A DNA stretch of 64,000 nucleotides from Octopus vulgaris (Eukaryota): contig OX597817.1 of assembly GCA_951406725.2 (NCBI GenBank), forward strand, positions 53,568,001-53,632,000. Direction: 5' to 3'. Within the stretch, counting starts at the first letter, position 1; each line of letters opens with the position of its first letter. This document shows positions 1 to 13,999 of this stretch, piece by piece. The notes beneath the pieces are model-generated. The model saw nothing but the letters and a program-made list of their open reading frames with translations, did no database searches and was not told where the DNA came from. The translations under genes and the position numbers were made by a program.

Positions 1-684
1 GTAGTAGTAGTAGTAGTAGTAGTAGCATTGAAACCAATAAATGGAAGTATATCAGCCTTTCTGGTGTAGTAGCTTTCAAGTGTGCGTGTGTAAACTCCGA
101 TGTAAATATGCTGTAAACAGTCATAATCAGGACAATTCCCCTCTACAACAATTAACCACCCCCCCCCTGGTTAATTACCCCCTCTCTTATATATTAAGAA
201 GTTTTAAATCATCATCTGTTTTAAATATCGAATGGCTATGGGGGTCCACCAGAATAAAATAGTAATCAAAGGGAGTCCATCGATAGAAATTGGTTGAGAA
301 TCCCCTGATCTGAAGGCTAATTCCTCAGCGGATATTTATTAATTGGCTCATTGACATTTGACATTTCTTAGAAAAAAACTTATTTTTCAATACAAAATCA
401 AAGCAAGCATACATGTATATGAACATATGTATGTAAATCTATATGCAAGTGCATACATATGTATATACATATACACTCACATTTATAATGAGTGTATACA
501 CATGTATGTATATGTATCACACCTAATGCTGTTTATCGACATCACTATCTCCATATCAGCTCACCTTGGTTTCTCTCATAGCCTATCTTTACCTGCTGGA
601 CTTAGTACTCAATAAAGATTCTGCAGTTTATCATTTGAACACTACTACATGTTTTCTATATTGAGCATCTTTAGCTCTCACCTT

Positions 685-1002
685 CATCATCATTTAACGT
701 CCGTTTTCCATGCTGCCATGGGTTTGCTGGTTTGACTGAGGTCTGGAGAGCCAGAAGGCTGCACCAGGCTCCAATCTGATCTGGCAATGTTTCTACATCT
801 GGATGCCCTTCTTAATGCCAACCACTCCGAGAGTGTACTGGGTGCTTTTTATGTGCCACCGGCACGAGAGCCAGTCAGGCGGGCCTGGCATCGATCATGT
901 TTGAATGGTGCTTTTTACATGCCACTGGTACAGGAGCCAGTTAGCCGGATCTGGCATCGACTACGTTCAGATGGAGCTTTTTATGTGCCACCAGCACGGG
1001 AA
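685..1002 (-). mobile_element. 3' UTR/tail fragment of the RTE LINE family with (GAT)n tail
   Basis: Matches the 3' UTR attached to RT-coding sequence at 10184-10824 and 44941-45643. Confidence 0.75.
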
Positions 1003-3295
1003 CCACATTCTGACTGTATATACATAGACATGTATACATACTTATTTGTATGTAAAATGTTTGTGTATATGTATGTGTGTGTATGTGAGAAAGAGAGAGA
1101 GAGAGACTAATGGGGTGAAGGGTTACTCAATCTCAGCACTACAATTAAGAGACTACCCACATACTGCATTGATTGTTTTAATTAATTGATGGGTGCAGAA
1201 ATGAGCCCCACTGCCAACAACAATTCAGCAGCCCTTTAAGGTGTGATGAATGGGCTGTCTCCTTTGATGTCATCACCACCGTCAGGTAAAAGACTAACCC
1301 CTGTCTTCCTAACGACAGAAACATTGATTGTGTTGTAAGATAAGATGACGAAAAGCAAAATGTTGTTTTAGGTGGGAATAAAAAAGTTTAAGAAAATTTT
1401 GGGGGGATAAGTTTTCCAAAGTCACGCATGGCTTGAATTGTTGTTGTTAGGGGAAATTGTTTATCTTTTTCTTACAGGTAGATGGATGTACCCATCTCTC
1501 CCTCACCATCCAAATATGTGAAAGGAGAAGCATTCCTCCATTCCTATTCAAACAAACTGGAGCAAGCCTTGATAGGAATATGCTATGTTCCAGGACAGTA
1601 TGATCAGCATTTGTAACTTATAAGCATGGGGCCAACGCCCTTCTGTTATGTTTGTGTGTGTGTGTATACACACACACACACACGTACATATACTGCCTCC
1701 TCCCCACAAACACTCGGTGGTGCCTAATATGGTTTCTGTCCATTGACTGGAAGCCGGAGTGTGTGTCGTATATGTGTGGTTATTATATGTGCATGTTACA
1801 ATGTAAAAATATGTGTAACAGCACTTCATAGTAGAGTGTAGATGTAGTGATTCGTCACTGTCATATTTATATATATAATACTTTATTTTTGAAGCTCTGA
1901 TGAATCTATAGAGTGATACACAAGCACCCAACTATGAGTGCATTGCATCCTATAGCAGAAACAACTGTAAGCTAGTGAGGTTTCTGACCTAACCTCTTAT
2001 TCCTTTGTCATTTATTCAATTTCCTGTTACTTCTCTGTACTTGACTGATGCTTTTTACAGAAGCATATGTATAATGAGCTCTAACACCAGGTTGTTTAGT
2101 ATTGCTCTACCTAAGTAAAATAGTAACATTAATAATAGTAATAATATTAATATATATGTATATATATATATATCAATAGATATGTACATGTGTGTGTGTG
2201 TATGTATGTGTGTACACACATGCACATTCTAGTAGGCTCTTACTTTACATAAGTTTGGCCAAATTAATGTTATTGTCTAAGACATTTAGTAAAGCCTTCA
2301 ACCATGTTTGCCCTGCAGATGAAGGCCTCCCAGCAAGACTCCCCCCCCCCCCCATGGGTCAAACTGTCGTATCTCCAGCTGCTTCAGATGCAAAGATATC
2401 AAAAATTGTCAAAGTGTAGTACAACGGTGTTGCTATGGAATGGTGAAACTATTTTTTCGTTTTCTAAAAAAAGAGCAACGTTTTGTACTTATGACACTTT
2501 TGCATAATAGCAATGATATCTATGTCTGTCTGTGTGTGTGTGTATAGTGATGGAGTGACTGTTTTATTGATATTGATTTCATGGAAACTGTAATTATTGC
2601 CAAGAGGATGGTTATATTTTGATATGATGCTGCAGAGTCTAGCGTTACCATTTTGAAGACCATTGTTGTCGTCTATTATTTAAGTCATCATCACTGAGCA
2701 CATCTATACCAGACTACTCTATCGGCAATATTAGTATTTCAGTCAACCAATCCATAAAATACCAGTCATATACCATGGTCAGTACAACCCACTGTTTGCA
2801 GCCTTTCAAATTTATGGTATTGCATCTATGAGGAACCATACTAATTATTATTATTAGTTATGGTGTTGTCATTCTGGGGTTGAATTGGCAGATTTTATTT
2901 TATCAGAGTTCAAAGCATGCTGCAGTCAACTTTGTTCTGGGTTTCATAAAACAAAACACCTCTCAAGTCCTGGGGTCACTTTAATAAATTAACCTCCCTC
3001 TTTAATATTTCAGGCCATGTACCTGTCTTCGAGACAATTATTAAAAGGGTGCTTCATTAGCAGAATTGTAAGAGCATCACCATTTGTTCTGCCGCTTTAT
3101 GTCCTGAGTTTAAATCTTACTGTGGCCAACTTTGCCTTTCATCTTCCCAGAGTTTGATAAAACAAAGTGCCAGTCAAGTTCTGGGGTTCATATCATTAAC
3201 TTACCTTCTGGCTTTATGCCCAGGTAAAAATTTATTATTGAATGTTTTAGTTTTGTATTGTATGTCAAGATCAAAGGTATGGCAGTTTGACTATA

Positions 3296-3615
3296 AGCTG
3301 GGGTCACCTCAGTTATCAGCTGGATTCACCCTGATTATTGACCGGAGTCACCTTGATTTACTGGCTGGAGTCATCTTGATTTACTGGCCGGACTCACCTT
3401 GATTTAGTGGCTGGAGTCATCTTGATTTACTGGTCGGATTCCCCTTGATCTATCGGCTGGAGTCACCTTGATCTATCGGCTGGAGTCACCTTGATCTATC
3501 GGTTGGATTCACCTTGATCTATCGGCTGAGGTCACCTTATTCTATCAGCTGGAGTCACCTTGATTTATCGGCTGTATTCACCTTCATAATTGGCTGGAAT
3601 CACTGTGATTGTTGA
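3296..3615. repeat. 23-bp minisatellite (GGCTGGAGTCACCTTGATCTATC), about 14 copies
   Basis: Units start at 3455 and 3478 (period 23); copies degenerate toward both ends. Confidence 0.9.
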
Positions 3616-4309
3616 CAATTGGATGGAAATCCAGTGGTCTAAATCCTGTATGAAATAGTTTTCCTGGGAAGTGAACCTGAAATTCAGCCCCCAAACTTGC
3701 CAGCTGTTTACAATTACCCACAAGGCACTGTTGCTTATGTATCTTTACATTTAATTACAGCTAATTTAATTACCTCAGTTCATTATGTAACTACTCACTT
3801 CCTTTTGTTATTATACTGACCGCTGGTTATTGTTTTTTAACCAATCTGGTTGATGTAGGACGAAACGTGTTCCAGACATAACCATCATGGCCTACATTAC
3901 CTACTGGGATAAAGCAGTAGAGTGTAATTTGCTAGATATGGCTGCTATTTCTAGCAGGTTGACTGGCCACATAGAGGAAAATTTCATCATTGTAGTGATG
4001 TTGGTGGTGGCAGTTCGCCATGGAAGTATTCATCCCGTTTTATACTAAACACTGTTGAAACATCTGATTATCTGATTCCCTCCAAGACAAATAATACAAC
4101 AAGATGGATATCACTGCTGCTGCTGCTTTATCTCCTCAGAATTCCGTTGATTCTATCTTTACAAAGTTTTCTTGAAAACAAACTGCATGTTTTATTGGAA
4201 TCAACTTTTACCCCAACAAACAGGGCAGAGTTTCCTTTTTTCTTTCATCACTTTATTTCGAACATGTTTGTACATGGACACACATGTGCACACTCACATA
4301 CAGTATTCT

Positions 4310-4680
4310 TTTGTTCTTTTACTTGTCTCTGTCACTTGACTGCGACCATGCTGGAGCACTGCCTTTAGTCAAACAAATCGACCCCACCAGGACTTATTCT
4401 TTGTAAGCCTAGTACTTATTCTATCGATCTCTTTTGCCGAAATGCTAGATTACGGGTATGTAGACACACCAGCATTGGTTGTCAAGCAGTAGTGGTGGGC
4501 ACAAACACACACACATGCACAATGGGCTTCTTTCAGTTTCCATCGGCCAAATTCATTCACAAGGCTTTGGTTGGTCCCAGTTTTTAGCAGAAGACACTTG
4601 GCCAAAGTACCATGCAGTGGGACTGAACCTGAAATCATGTGGTAAGCAAGCAAGCTACTTACCACACAGCCACTCCCATA
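4310..4680 (-). mobile_element. tRNA-derived SINE, family C (CORE-like)
   Basis: Reverse complement of the 11951-12325 element, with a tRNA-like head (gtggctgtgtggtaag...ggttcagtccc). Confidence 0.75.
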
Positions 4681-7600
4681 ACAAGCTTTTATTTAATGGT
4701 GTTTGTTTCGCAAATCAGTGTCGATGTTCACCTTGTTATGAATCCTAAGCACAACATCGCACCCTTGATTATCATAAACGGTACTGTAGCAACAGTCTAA
4801 GAGGATACACTTTGCTCAGGGCCCCCATATCATGACCCCATCTACAGTGAGGTTGTTGTGTGCTTTGAAATTAATTTGGTTTATTATTAAATGAAAAGAC
4901 AGATGGTATGACAAGAGTCCCAGAGGGATGGATATCTGCCAAGAAGGACTGGTTCATGTTTTTAATGGTGGTGGGGGGTTAAGTGAGGGTAGTTGAGATA
5001 GGTAGGGGTGTGATGGTGATAACTGCAAAGTTTCTTTCCAATTTCAAAGAATAGAAGGTTCTAGACAAAAATATAAAAAAAAAAAAAGAGCTGGGCACCT
5101 TCAGGTAAAGTAATACTGTTAGGATTTTAATTGTTCAAGTATCTTGTTTCCTTTATTACCCTCTCTCTGATTCTCTAAAATCCCTTCTCTCATGTTTCCC
5201 CTCATCTCTCCACCCCACTTTCCATCCCACTTTGTTTCCTCCCTCTCCACCACTTACCCGCCTCTCTCTCTCCTTCCTCATTCATTACAGCCACTGCACT
5301 TTGTTGCCAGTTGCAATTAAATAAATGCACCTCTGTAGTATCTAGTAAACGTTAACTGGTTTACCTTTCTAATCTTGCATCCTCTTAGCCAATCTTTCTC
5401 CATCCACACCCAGTCACCTTCTTAGCTCCCCCACCCACACCCAGTCACCTTCTTAGCTCCCCCACCCACCTCCTCCAACCAACCCTGCTCCACCCCCATC
5501 ACCACATTACCATTCCTGTTGTCAAGAAATGGCAACCTCACCACCCATCAGTAACATGCTATTGTTACAATGTCACGTTTAGCTTCATTTAAAATGTATT
5601 GTTTTGGTTAATTCCTGCACTGGCATTGTTATTGCACCAACATTGAGCATGTTTCACCACTTGCCATTTTCTAGCAGTAATACATCTCACCTAGCTGCTT
5701 CCATGCCTGGTAGAATTTAGAACTGTTGTCACATTTGTCCTTGGTGGATGACATGGAAGGGGTATTTCAAACTAAACCGACACAACAGCCATCAACCTGT
5801 TCTTTGCAACACAAATTAACAGAATTTACATCTTCACTCCGTAGCAGTCGTTTGGGTCTCTAGTATTCGTCAGCAAATGTTTATTTCTAGGTATGTCTAG
5901 GCATGGGCATAGTGACTGACCGGTCTTGCGAATGGATTTGATAGTTGGAACTGAAAGAAACTCATTGTGCATGTGCAGATGCACACAGTCGTGCTTACCA
6001 TTGTGGGGTTTATGAACTTGATTCCTGGACTGGGCTGTGTGTTGTGTCCTTGAGCAAGACTCTTTATTTCACATGGCTCCAGTTTACTCAACTGTAGAAA
6101 TGAGTTTTGACATCACTGGTGCCAAGCTGTATTGGCCTCTTTGCCTTTCCCTTGGATAACATTTGTGGTGCGGAGAAAGGAGGCTGGTATGCATGGACAA
6201 CTGCTGGTCTTCCATAAACAACTATGCTTGGACTTGTGTACCTCATTGGGTAACCTTTTAGTTATAATCCCATGGTCATTCATGACTGAATTGTTTTTGT
6301 TTTTTTACCCTATATATATCGTGTGTACCCTTGTCTTCACACCATGTGTTGCCTGTAAATTGGGATCACCATCATACAAGCGTTGTTGTTCATTGCTAGG
6401 GGAAATTAAAAAATCTTCCACCGAACCTTAGTCACAATTTGTTCCTAACACTAGTTTAATGATAACTAAGTCTTTGTTATATTTAAAATTAGTTGAAAGA
6501 AACACAGTGTGTCTCAACAGAAATATGGTAACAAAAGGGTCAAGCTAGCCTCTTACTGGATGTGTATATGGTCCTTATCTCAGAATGGCTTCAAACTGGA
6601 GAGACATTATTTCTAAACTAAGGCCAGTACTATCTGTTTCCAGAAAGAAATAAGACTAATTATGTTAATTAAAGCCTGTTGTGTGTTGTGAATATACAGC
6701 ATAAAGTTGAGGTGTAAAGATGAGGTTAATAATACTGTGATCATAGGAACAACTTGTTTGAGACCTTTGGACAGACACAATAAGTTTTTATCCCTAAATC
6801 CCTTATTTGTTAAATGTTGCTTTTTTGCAAGGATTTTAAGTTTTTATTTATTACCTTTCTGAGTGATTTTTATTTACCTATTAATTATTTTTGGTGGGGA
6901 TTTATTGTAAGTATGAAATAATACGTTAACAAATGAGGGGTGTGTGTGTGATATTTTAATGGAGGCTGGCTTAACATTGCCTCTTATTGTGATTATGTGT
7001 AAATATATTTGAAGGTTGCATCCTCAATACAGTGAAATATGAAGTGTTTTGGTTTAGGTTCCATTTAATAGCAAAAATGTGGCAATTTGTTGGGTGAAAA
7101 TCATGCCAAAACAGACCTTGCTAGTGCTGGTGCCACATAAAAATACTCATTCTACTGTGTAAAGTGGCTGGCATCAGGCAGGGCATTCAGCTGTAAAGAC
7201 TATGCCAAAACAGACTGTGGAGCTTGGTGCCAGCTCCTGTCAAACCATCCAACCCATGCCAGCATGGAAAATGGATATTAAATGATGATGATTGTGTGTG
7301 TATGTGTATACTCACATCCATCCATCCATTCATTCATTCATGTCGTTGAAGAGGATCTAAATGAAGACACTTCATATTTCACCATATCAAGGGTGCAACC
7401 TTCAAATTGCAATTTCACACTTCAGATATTGGATTGTGTGGCATATTATGTTATCTTATGTTATATGAATGGAACAGTAGCATCATTTGTTACTGTTTTC
7501 CAGCTTACCACTCATTGGTTCACTGATGGTGAGAGAGACATAGGAGTGTCTGTAACACACTACAGAACAAATATCCCAAGGGAGTTCATTTGTAAAGCAT

Positions 7601-7683
7601 CAGTTTTTTTTGTTTTTTTGGCTTTCTAGCCACTGTTTATATATATTGCCAATATACATTGGTCGATGACACACATTTATATT

Positions 7684-7726
<43 letters not shown>

Positions 7727-10183
7727 CTATACATAGTATGCACTTAACATTTATTTTCTATATTATTTCTATGTGAATGTCTATACAGAAAACAGGTCAG
7801 TTTTGGAAAAATCTCCATGTCTTTTCTGTAAGAATTGTTCTCTGTCTATTTTTTCTCCTTTCCAGATTTTCTCTGTTATCTGTTGCACTTTATTCCGATA
7901 TTTGTGAACATTCTCCTGTAGTTGTAGTTGATTATCATTATTATTATTATTATTATTGTTATTGTTATTACTTTTCTTGTTTCTTTTGTTGTTTCCTTTT
8001 GTGTAATCTCCTGTCTGTACAGTTGTTTTTTGCTGTTGCTTTTGTTGGAGTCTGTGGCCAGTATTGTGGTTTGTGGAGCTATCGGTAGCTTTTATTATAG
8101 TCGTTAGTCCATTAGTAACTATTTGCTTTCTGTTCTGTATTTGTATCGTCTCCTCTCTTGCTGTTGAAATCTCATATTCAATCTCTGATTTACAGGAACT
8201 GGGAAATCTCATATTATTGCCGTATTTACCAGTAGATGGAATCCAGTGTCATATTGTTTTCTTCTATATTTTTTCTCTTCCTTGTATCTATCGACTTTTT
8301 CTCCCTTGTTTATTTTCTTGAGATTTAATACAAATTGTAAAAGTTCTATTATCAGGGTCAATTCTTAAAGTTAAATTTCAGAGAAATATTTTATATTTTA
8401 TTAATCATGCTGAGTTTGTATACTTCATTATTGAACCTGAGTTTTTGTATATTAATTATGAGTGTATATGTTTCATTATCAAACTGGGTTTTATGTATAT
8501 TTAATTATTAAACCGAGTTATATCCTATTAAAATATGAATGATCAAGAAAAGAATATCTTTGGTTACGGAGGTGTGTCTGCTCACCTGTACTACGTTTCT
8601 GTTAATATTAAATTGTTAACGAGCATTTGTATTTCATTCAAAAGTATATTTACTAAAACTGCCATGTTATTTATTTTTCAGAAATGCCATAGTATATGTA
8701 TGTATGTATAGGTGTGTGTGTGTGTGTTTATGAGTGTTTGTATGTGTAATAGTTTACTGTATAGTAAGCTCTGTAACCTGGTACTATCTCAACGAATGAG
8801 AGAATGAACACGTGGTCTTCAATGTTTGACATAATTCATTATCATCATCACCACAATGTAACTCATCATCATCATCATCAACAGCAGCAGCATCATTTAA
8901 TGTTCTTTTCTATGCTGGCATGGGTTGGATGGTTTGACAAGAGCTGGCAAGCTGGAAGGCTGCACCATGCTCCTCCAGTCATGTGTTTTGGCATGATCTC
9001 TATGGCTGGATGCCCTTCCTTTGCAGGAATATATGCATGCAGGTGTGCATGCATGCACCCCCACCCCCCCCATCTTTCTCTAAATTTAAATGAAGTTTAC
9101 AGCAACCATCCCCCAATTTATGTTAAAAATATTTCCCAGGTGGCGGAAATAGTAGAAGGTTGACCTTTAATGTTTAACAGCTTAGTTTTATCTCTCTGGG
9201 TTCAAATGTGGCTGGGTCCAGTTTTCCCTCATATCTCTCTAATGTCAGTGCAATTTGTTACAGAAATATTGGGCTATCATTCAACTGGCATTAAGAAGCA
9301 AAGAAAAAAAAAATGCTCCTGTCCTTTGCAGGCCCTTTCATTCAGGTGACATATATGGGACCTACCTTTGTCCAGTTTGAACACCTGCTGGAAAATAAAG
9401 GCAAGGAAGGAACTAAGGGCCAGATCTGAATGTTCAGTACAGATTGAACTCTGCTAAAATTATCCGAGAACTAGAGGGTGGTATTAAAACTGGGTAATGT
9501 GTGTATCTATCTATGTATGTGTGTGTGTGTGTGTGTGAAACTCGCTACTCTTCCCTCAAAATTGGCCTTATGCTCCCTGCAAAGAAGTCAGTGTAAATAA
9601 TTTCTAGTTGTTTTTCGTTAGCCACAATTTGTTTGCTAATTATTAATGAAGTGTTAAAATAAATAATGTTATCATTTAAAAGATGGAAGAAATATAAACA
9701 TAACTGTTTCCTCTTTTATTTTGAAACAAAGATGTAGACATCTTATTAACTGGTTAAAAGTACATCTTGTACTTCTATAGGTGTGTTATATAAACATACC
9801 TACACAGTTATTAATTAGTCTCTCTGGGATTCCTTCTTTAATAACAAGGACAGTTTTTTAAAAACAGGAATTCTCCTTTCCTAATGTAATTTGGAAGCAG
9901 TCATCTTCGTTAGAATCTAACAAAGTTGCCTTCTACTCTTTCACATCATTACTTTCTTGCTTCACTGGGTTAATTTAATTAGCAGACTTTGCATCCTTAA
10001 CTAATTTTCATGAACGACTCCAGACATCAGCCAGATGTGTCTGAGATGTGATTCTGGTGGAAGGAAAATGGATAAAAAAACCAGGTGGAACATCCGAGAC
10101 TGGAATTTACTAAATATGGTTAGAAATGCTTAATGAGACTGATAAAAATTTGTCCCTGCATTGACTGTTAATTTTATTTAATT

Positions 10184-10824
10184 CATCATCATCATCATCA
10201 TTTAGCGTCCGCTTTCCATGCTGGCATGGGTTGGACGGTGCAACTGGGGTTTGGGAAGCCAGAAGGCTGCACCAGGCCCAGTCTGATCTGGCAATGTTTC
10301 TACGGCTGGATGCCCTTCCTAACGCCAACCACTCCATGAGTGTAGTGGGTGCTTTTTACGTGCCTCTGGCACAGGTGCCAGACGAGGCTGGCAAACGGCC
10401 ACAATCGGATGGTGCTTTTTACATGCCACTGGCACGGAAGCCAGTTGGGGCGGTGCTGGCAATGGCCACGTTCGGATGGTTCTCTTATGTGCCACTGGTA
10501 CTGGTATCACAGCTACAATTTCCATTGATGTTGATCGATTTTGATTTTGATTTTCACTTGCCTCAACAGGTCTTCACAAGTAGAGTTTTGTGTCCCAAGA
10601 AGGAAAGGTATGCATAAGTGGACTGAGGCCATGGGTTATGGTCTCACTTGTCCTGCCGGGTCTTCTCACGCACAGCATACTTCCAAACGTCTCGGTCTCT
10701 AGTCTTTTCCTCAGTGAAACCTAAAGTTTGAAGGTCGTGCTTCACCACCTCATCCCAGGTTTTCCTGGGTCTACCTCTTCCACAGGTTCCCTCAACAGCT
10801 AGGGTGTGGCACTTTTTCACACGA
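10184..10824 (-). mobile_element. 5'-truncated RTE-clade LINE (ORF C-terminus, 3' UTR, (GAT)n tail)
   Basis: Minus strand reads VKKCHTLAVEGTCGRGRPRKTWDEVVKHDLQTLGFTEEKTRDRDVWKYAVREKTRQDK*; possible 8-bp TSD atttaatt at 10176-10183 and 10825-10832. Confidence 0.8.
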
Positions 10825-11950
10825 ATTTAATTGTTTTTATAAATTTATCTGGGAAGAAGGGACAATCTCCCATCACCCTGTAGGGCCTGAGTAAACTTAA
10901 AGTGAGGTTCTCTAACAAAGGAATCCAGTGTGTGGGGTGGTATGTGTGGCCTAAATGTTTGTAACGGGCCTAGTCAGTTAGTCCTCATTACTCTGTAAGG
11001 TGCATAGGGATGGTTTTCTGGTTTATCCCACATTTATATTCCTTCCCGGATGGGACACCAATGTGTCACAGGTTAGTCCTTTTCACCAGCTGAGTGGACT
11101 GGAGCAATGTGAAATGGAGTGTTTTGCTTAAGAACAACACATTGCCTGGTTCAGGAATTGAAACCACAATCTTACAATCACAAGTCCAACACCCTAACCA
11201 CTGAGCCATGTTCCTATTGTGACAGAGTGAACCTCAATAGGGTACTCAAGGACCAAGTAGTAGTATTAAACTGGGTGGTGTGTCACTCCTGCTACTACCC
11301 AGACTAACTGTTGAATAAGTGTTTAAATAAATAACATAAAATTAACACTTTTACTCTGACAAAATGGGACCAAATAGATGAGCAGAGTTTTGCTGGTCTC
11401 TCAGCTAACCAGGTTAGCAGAATCTTGATAAAGAGGATATTTTGTATCTTATTACGAGAAGCAGTCCATTATCCCCTGCTGATTCACTTATGTCTCAACA
11501 GACTAATCCACTTAGGGATATATCTGGAATTGTGCAAAATGCAAGAAATTACTGCTGTATCTAAGCTGAACTAGCTGTATGTAGAGGCCATAAAAGGACA
11601 CACACACACAGAGTAAGCAATAGGGTCCAAGGTTTCCACCTGACCTGTCTGACCCTCTTCCTTACATTCCCCATTCCTCTGTTGTCCTTACCACCTCACT
11701 GGACATTTGGTATTAACATCCATCAATTACTCACCATATGGCCCTCATTCCCTCTTCCGTATTCTCTCTAGTGCTGGTGCCACAATATAAATACACCCAC
11801 TGCACTCTAGAGTAATTGGTTTTAGAAAAAAAATCTCTAGAGATGAAGCTTACAAGCAAAATATGTTCTCCTGACCCATCCAGGAGAGCAGAAATGATCC
11901 GTCCAACATCTGTGGATAGAAAAAGATGATAATGATGATGATAATGTGTG

Positions 11951-12325
11951 TAGGCACAGGAGTGGCTGTGTGGTAAGTGGCTTGCTTACCAACCACATGG
12001 TTCTGGGTTCAGTCCCACTGCGTGGCACCTTGGGCAAGTGTCTTCTACTATAGCCTCGGGCTGACCAAAGCCTTGTGAGTGGATTTGGTAGACGGAAACT
12101 GAAAGAAGCCCGTTGTATATATGTATATATGTATGTTTGTTCCCCCAACATCGCTTGACAACCAATGCTGGTGTGTTTATGTCCCCGTAGCTTAGCACTT
12201 CGGCAAAAGATACCGACAGAATAAGTACTAAGCTTACAAAGAATAAGTCCTGGGGTCGATTTGCTCGACTAAAGGCGGTGCTCCAGCATGGCTGCAGTCA
12301 AATGACTGAAACAAGTAAAAGAGTA
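11951..12325 (+). mobile_element. tRNA-derived SINE, family C (CORE-like), near full length
   Basis: Box A/B-like head, ccttgggcaagt core, internal TA-rich tract; related copies at 4310, 27660 and 58855. Confidence 0.8.
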
Positions 12326-12750
12326 GTAGTGTGTTCAGTTTCAGCCATTGGCAGAATAATGCTGACCGCTATGACCGAGATTCTACAATGATGGAATTGG
12401 AGTTCACATCATTGCTCTTAGTTGTTGTTGCTGGGCCCTATGTTGACCCTGAGAGGGTGGAGTTACAATCAAAGTTATTTATTTCAGCTGTGACCACCCT
12501 GTTATTTTAGGGGTGTATGACATTATTGTCCTTCTTTCTAAACTGTAGGGTTTTACTTAAAGCGGGATTTGGGTCCTGTGCCTATAGACAATAAATGTAA
12601 ACAAGGTTTACTGCTGAACTAGCTGTATGTAGAGGCCATAAAAGGACACACACACACACACAGTAAGCAATAGGGTCCACCTCACCTGCCTGACCCTCTT
12701 CCTTACATTCCCCATTCCTCTGTTGTCCTTACCACCTCACTCGACATTTG

Positions 12751-12901
12751 GAGTGGTTGGCGTTAGGAAGGGCATCCAGCTGTTGAAACTCTGCCAAATC
12801 AAGATTGGAGCCTGGTGCAGCCATCTGGTTCACCAGCCCTCAGTCAAAATCGTCCAGCTCATGCTAGCATGGAAAGCGGACGTTAAACGATGATGATGAT
12901 G
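12751..12901 (+). mobile_element. Short 3' end of the RTE family with (GAT)n tail
   Basis: gagtggttggcgttaggaagggcatcc...cggacgttaaacgatgatgatgat. Confidence 0.8.
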
Positions 12902-13947
12902 TTATTATTGGCTGTTGTTGATACTCCAGTGGGTGTTTAATGTTGGAGGATTTCCAGGTGAAGTTGTAATGATGATGTTGAGCGTTATTCAGCCTCCTTA
13001 CCACCTTCCCTGTATTTCAGAAGCAGCAATCATTCTGGGAAATTGCAAAAACTTCCTTCTTTCAGTTCCTTAGGTTGTTTTTCTTTGCCTTGTATCAATC
13101 CTGCATCAGTGCACATACATATACACAAACTCACACATGCAGACATAGGCATCCACACACACACACACTATGCATTAAGGTATAAACAATCCACCCCCAT
13201 CACCCACCTCCCTTTTCTCTACAGACTTGCCACAAGCAGGTGAATGCTTGAAACAAATGCTAAAAACTCAATCTGAAAGAGAAAAATCTATCATATCCCT
13301 GCATGTACGTACATACATACGTTCACAATGAAGGATGTGAACCCATTTCAGTTTTAATTACTTTCATCTCCTAATTGTAATCCCTTTAGGATACAACATA
13401 AAATAAAACATTCCTCTGTGATGTGTGTGTATGTGTGTCCATGTATTATTTTCTGTGTTCTTTTGCTAGTTTTCTTCATATTCCTTGAACTTGTTTACCT
13501 CCTCATAATAAAGACAATAAATAAGTTTTAAAATAAAAACAGTAAGTAAAATTATTAAAATAATAATAACGATAATGATTCATAATGATATTAATTTATC
13601 AGGCGTTTAGGTTGTTTAGAATTTCTGTGTCTGTTGCAAGTTGACTTCAGCGTATCGTGTTTTTCTTTTGCTAATGTGGAGTTCTGGAATCGGAATTCTT
13701 GCTAAGAGGATTAAGAGAATTCTTCATAGACTAAGTAAACTTTTTCTTAGAAGAAAGGAAGGGGATCGAGTGTTTGGTTCTTTCAACTTTGTGTTTGACT
13801 TTAGGTTTTGTTACCCCTGCCAACCACCACCCTTTAATCTCTAGTTTTGTTATTTATTTATTTCCAAGAACACCACTTCAATTTTTTTTTTATATCTGGG
13901 ATAGAGAAAATTGTAAGCAATGTAACTGTAAGCAAAACTAGTTGTTA

Positions 13948-13982
<35 letters not shown>

Positions 13983-13999
13983 GTTGGAGGTATAATTTT

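Noticed and set aside
1460-1530. Strong acceptor cttacAG followed by gtagat
   Set aside because: The donor is weak and no frame-compatible downstream donor was found, so neither exon nor recursive site can be supported.
3296-3615. CRISPR-like periodic repeat
   Set aside because: Units abut with no unique spacers, there are no cas genes, and the context is eukaryotic.
12345-12420. Exon-like stretch after tttcAG (HWQNNADRYDRDSTMMELE)
   Set aside because: No convincing donor and no phase link to the 17293 exon.
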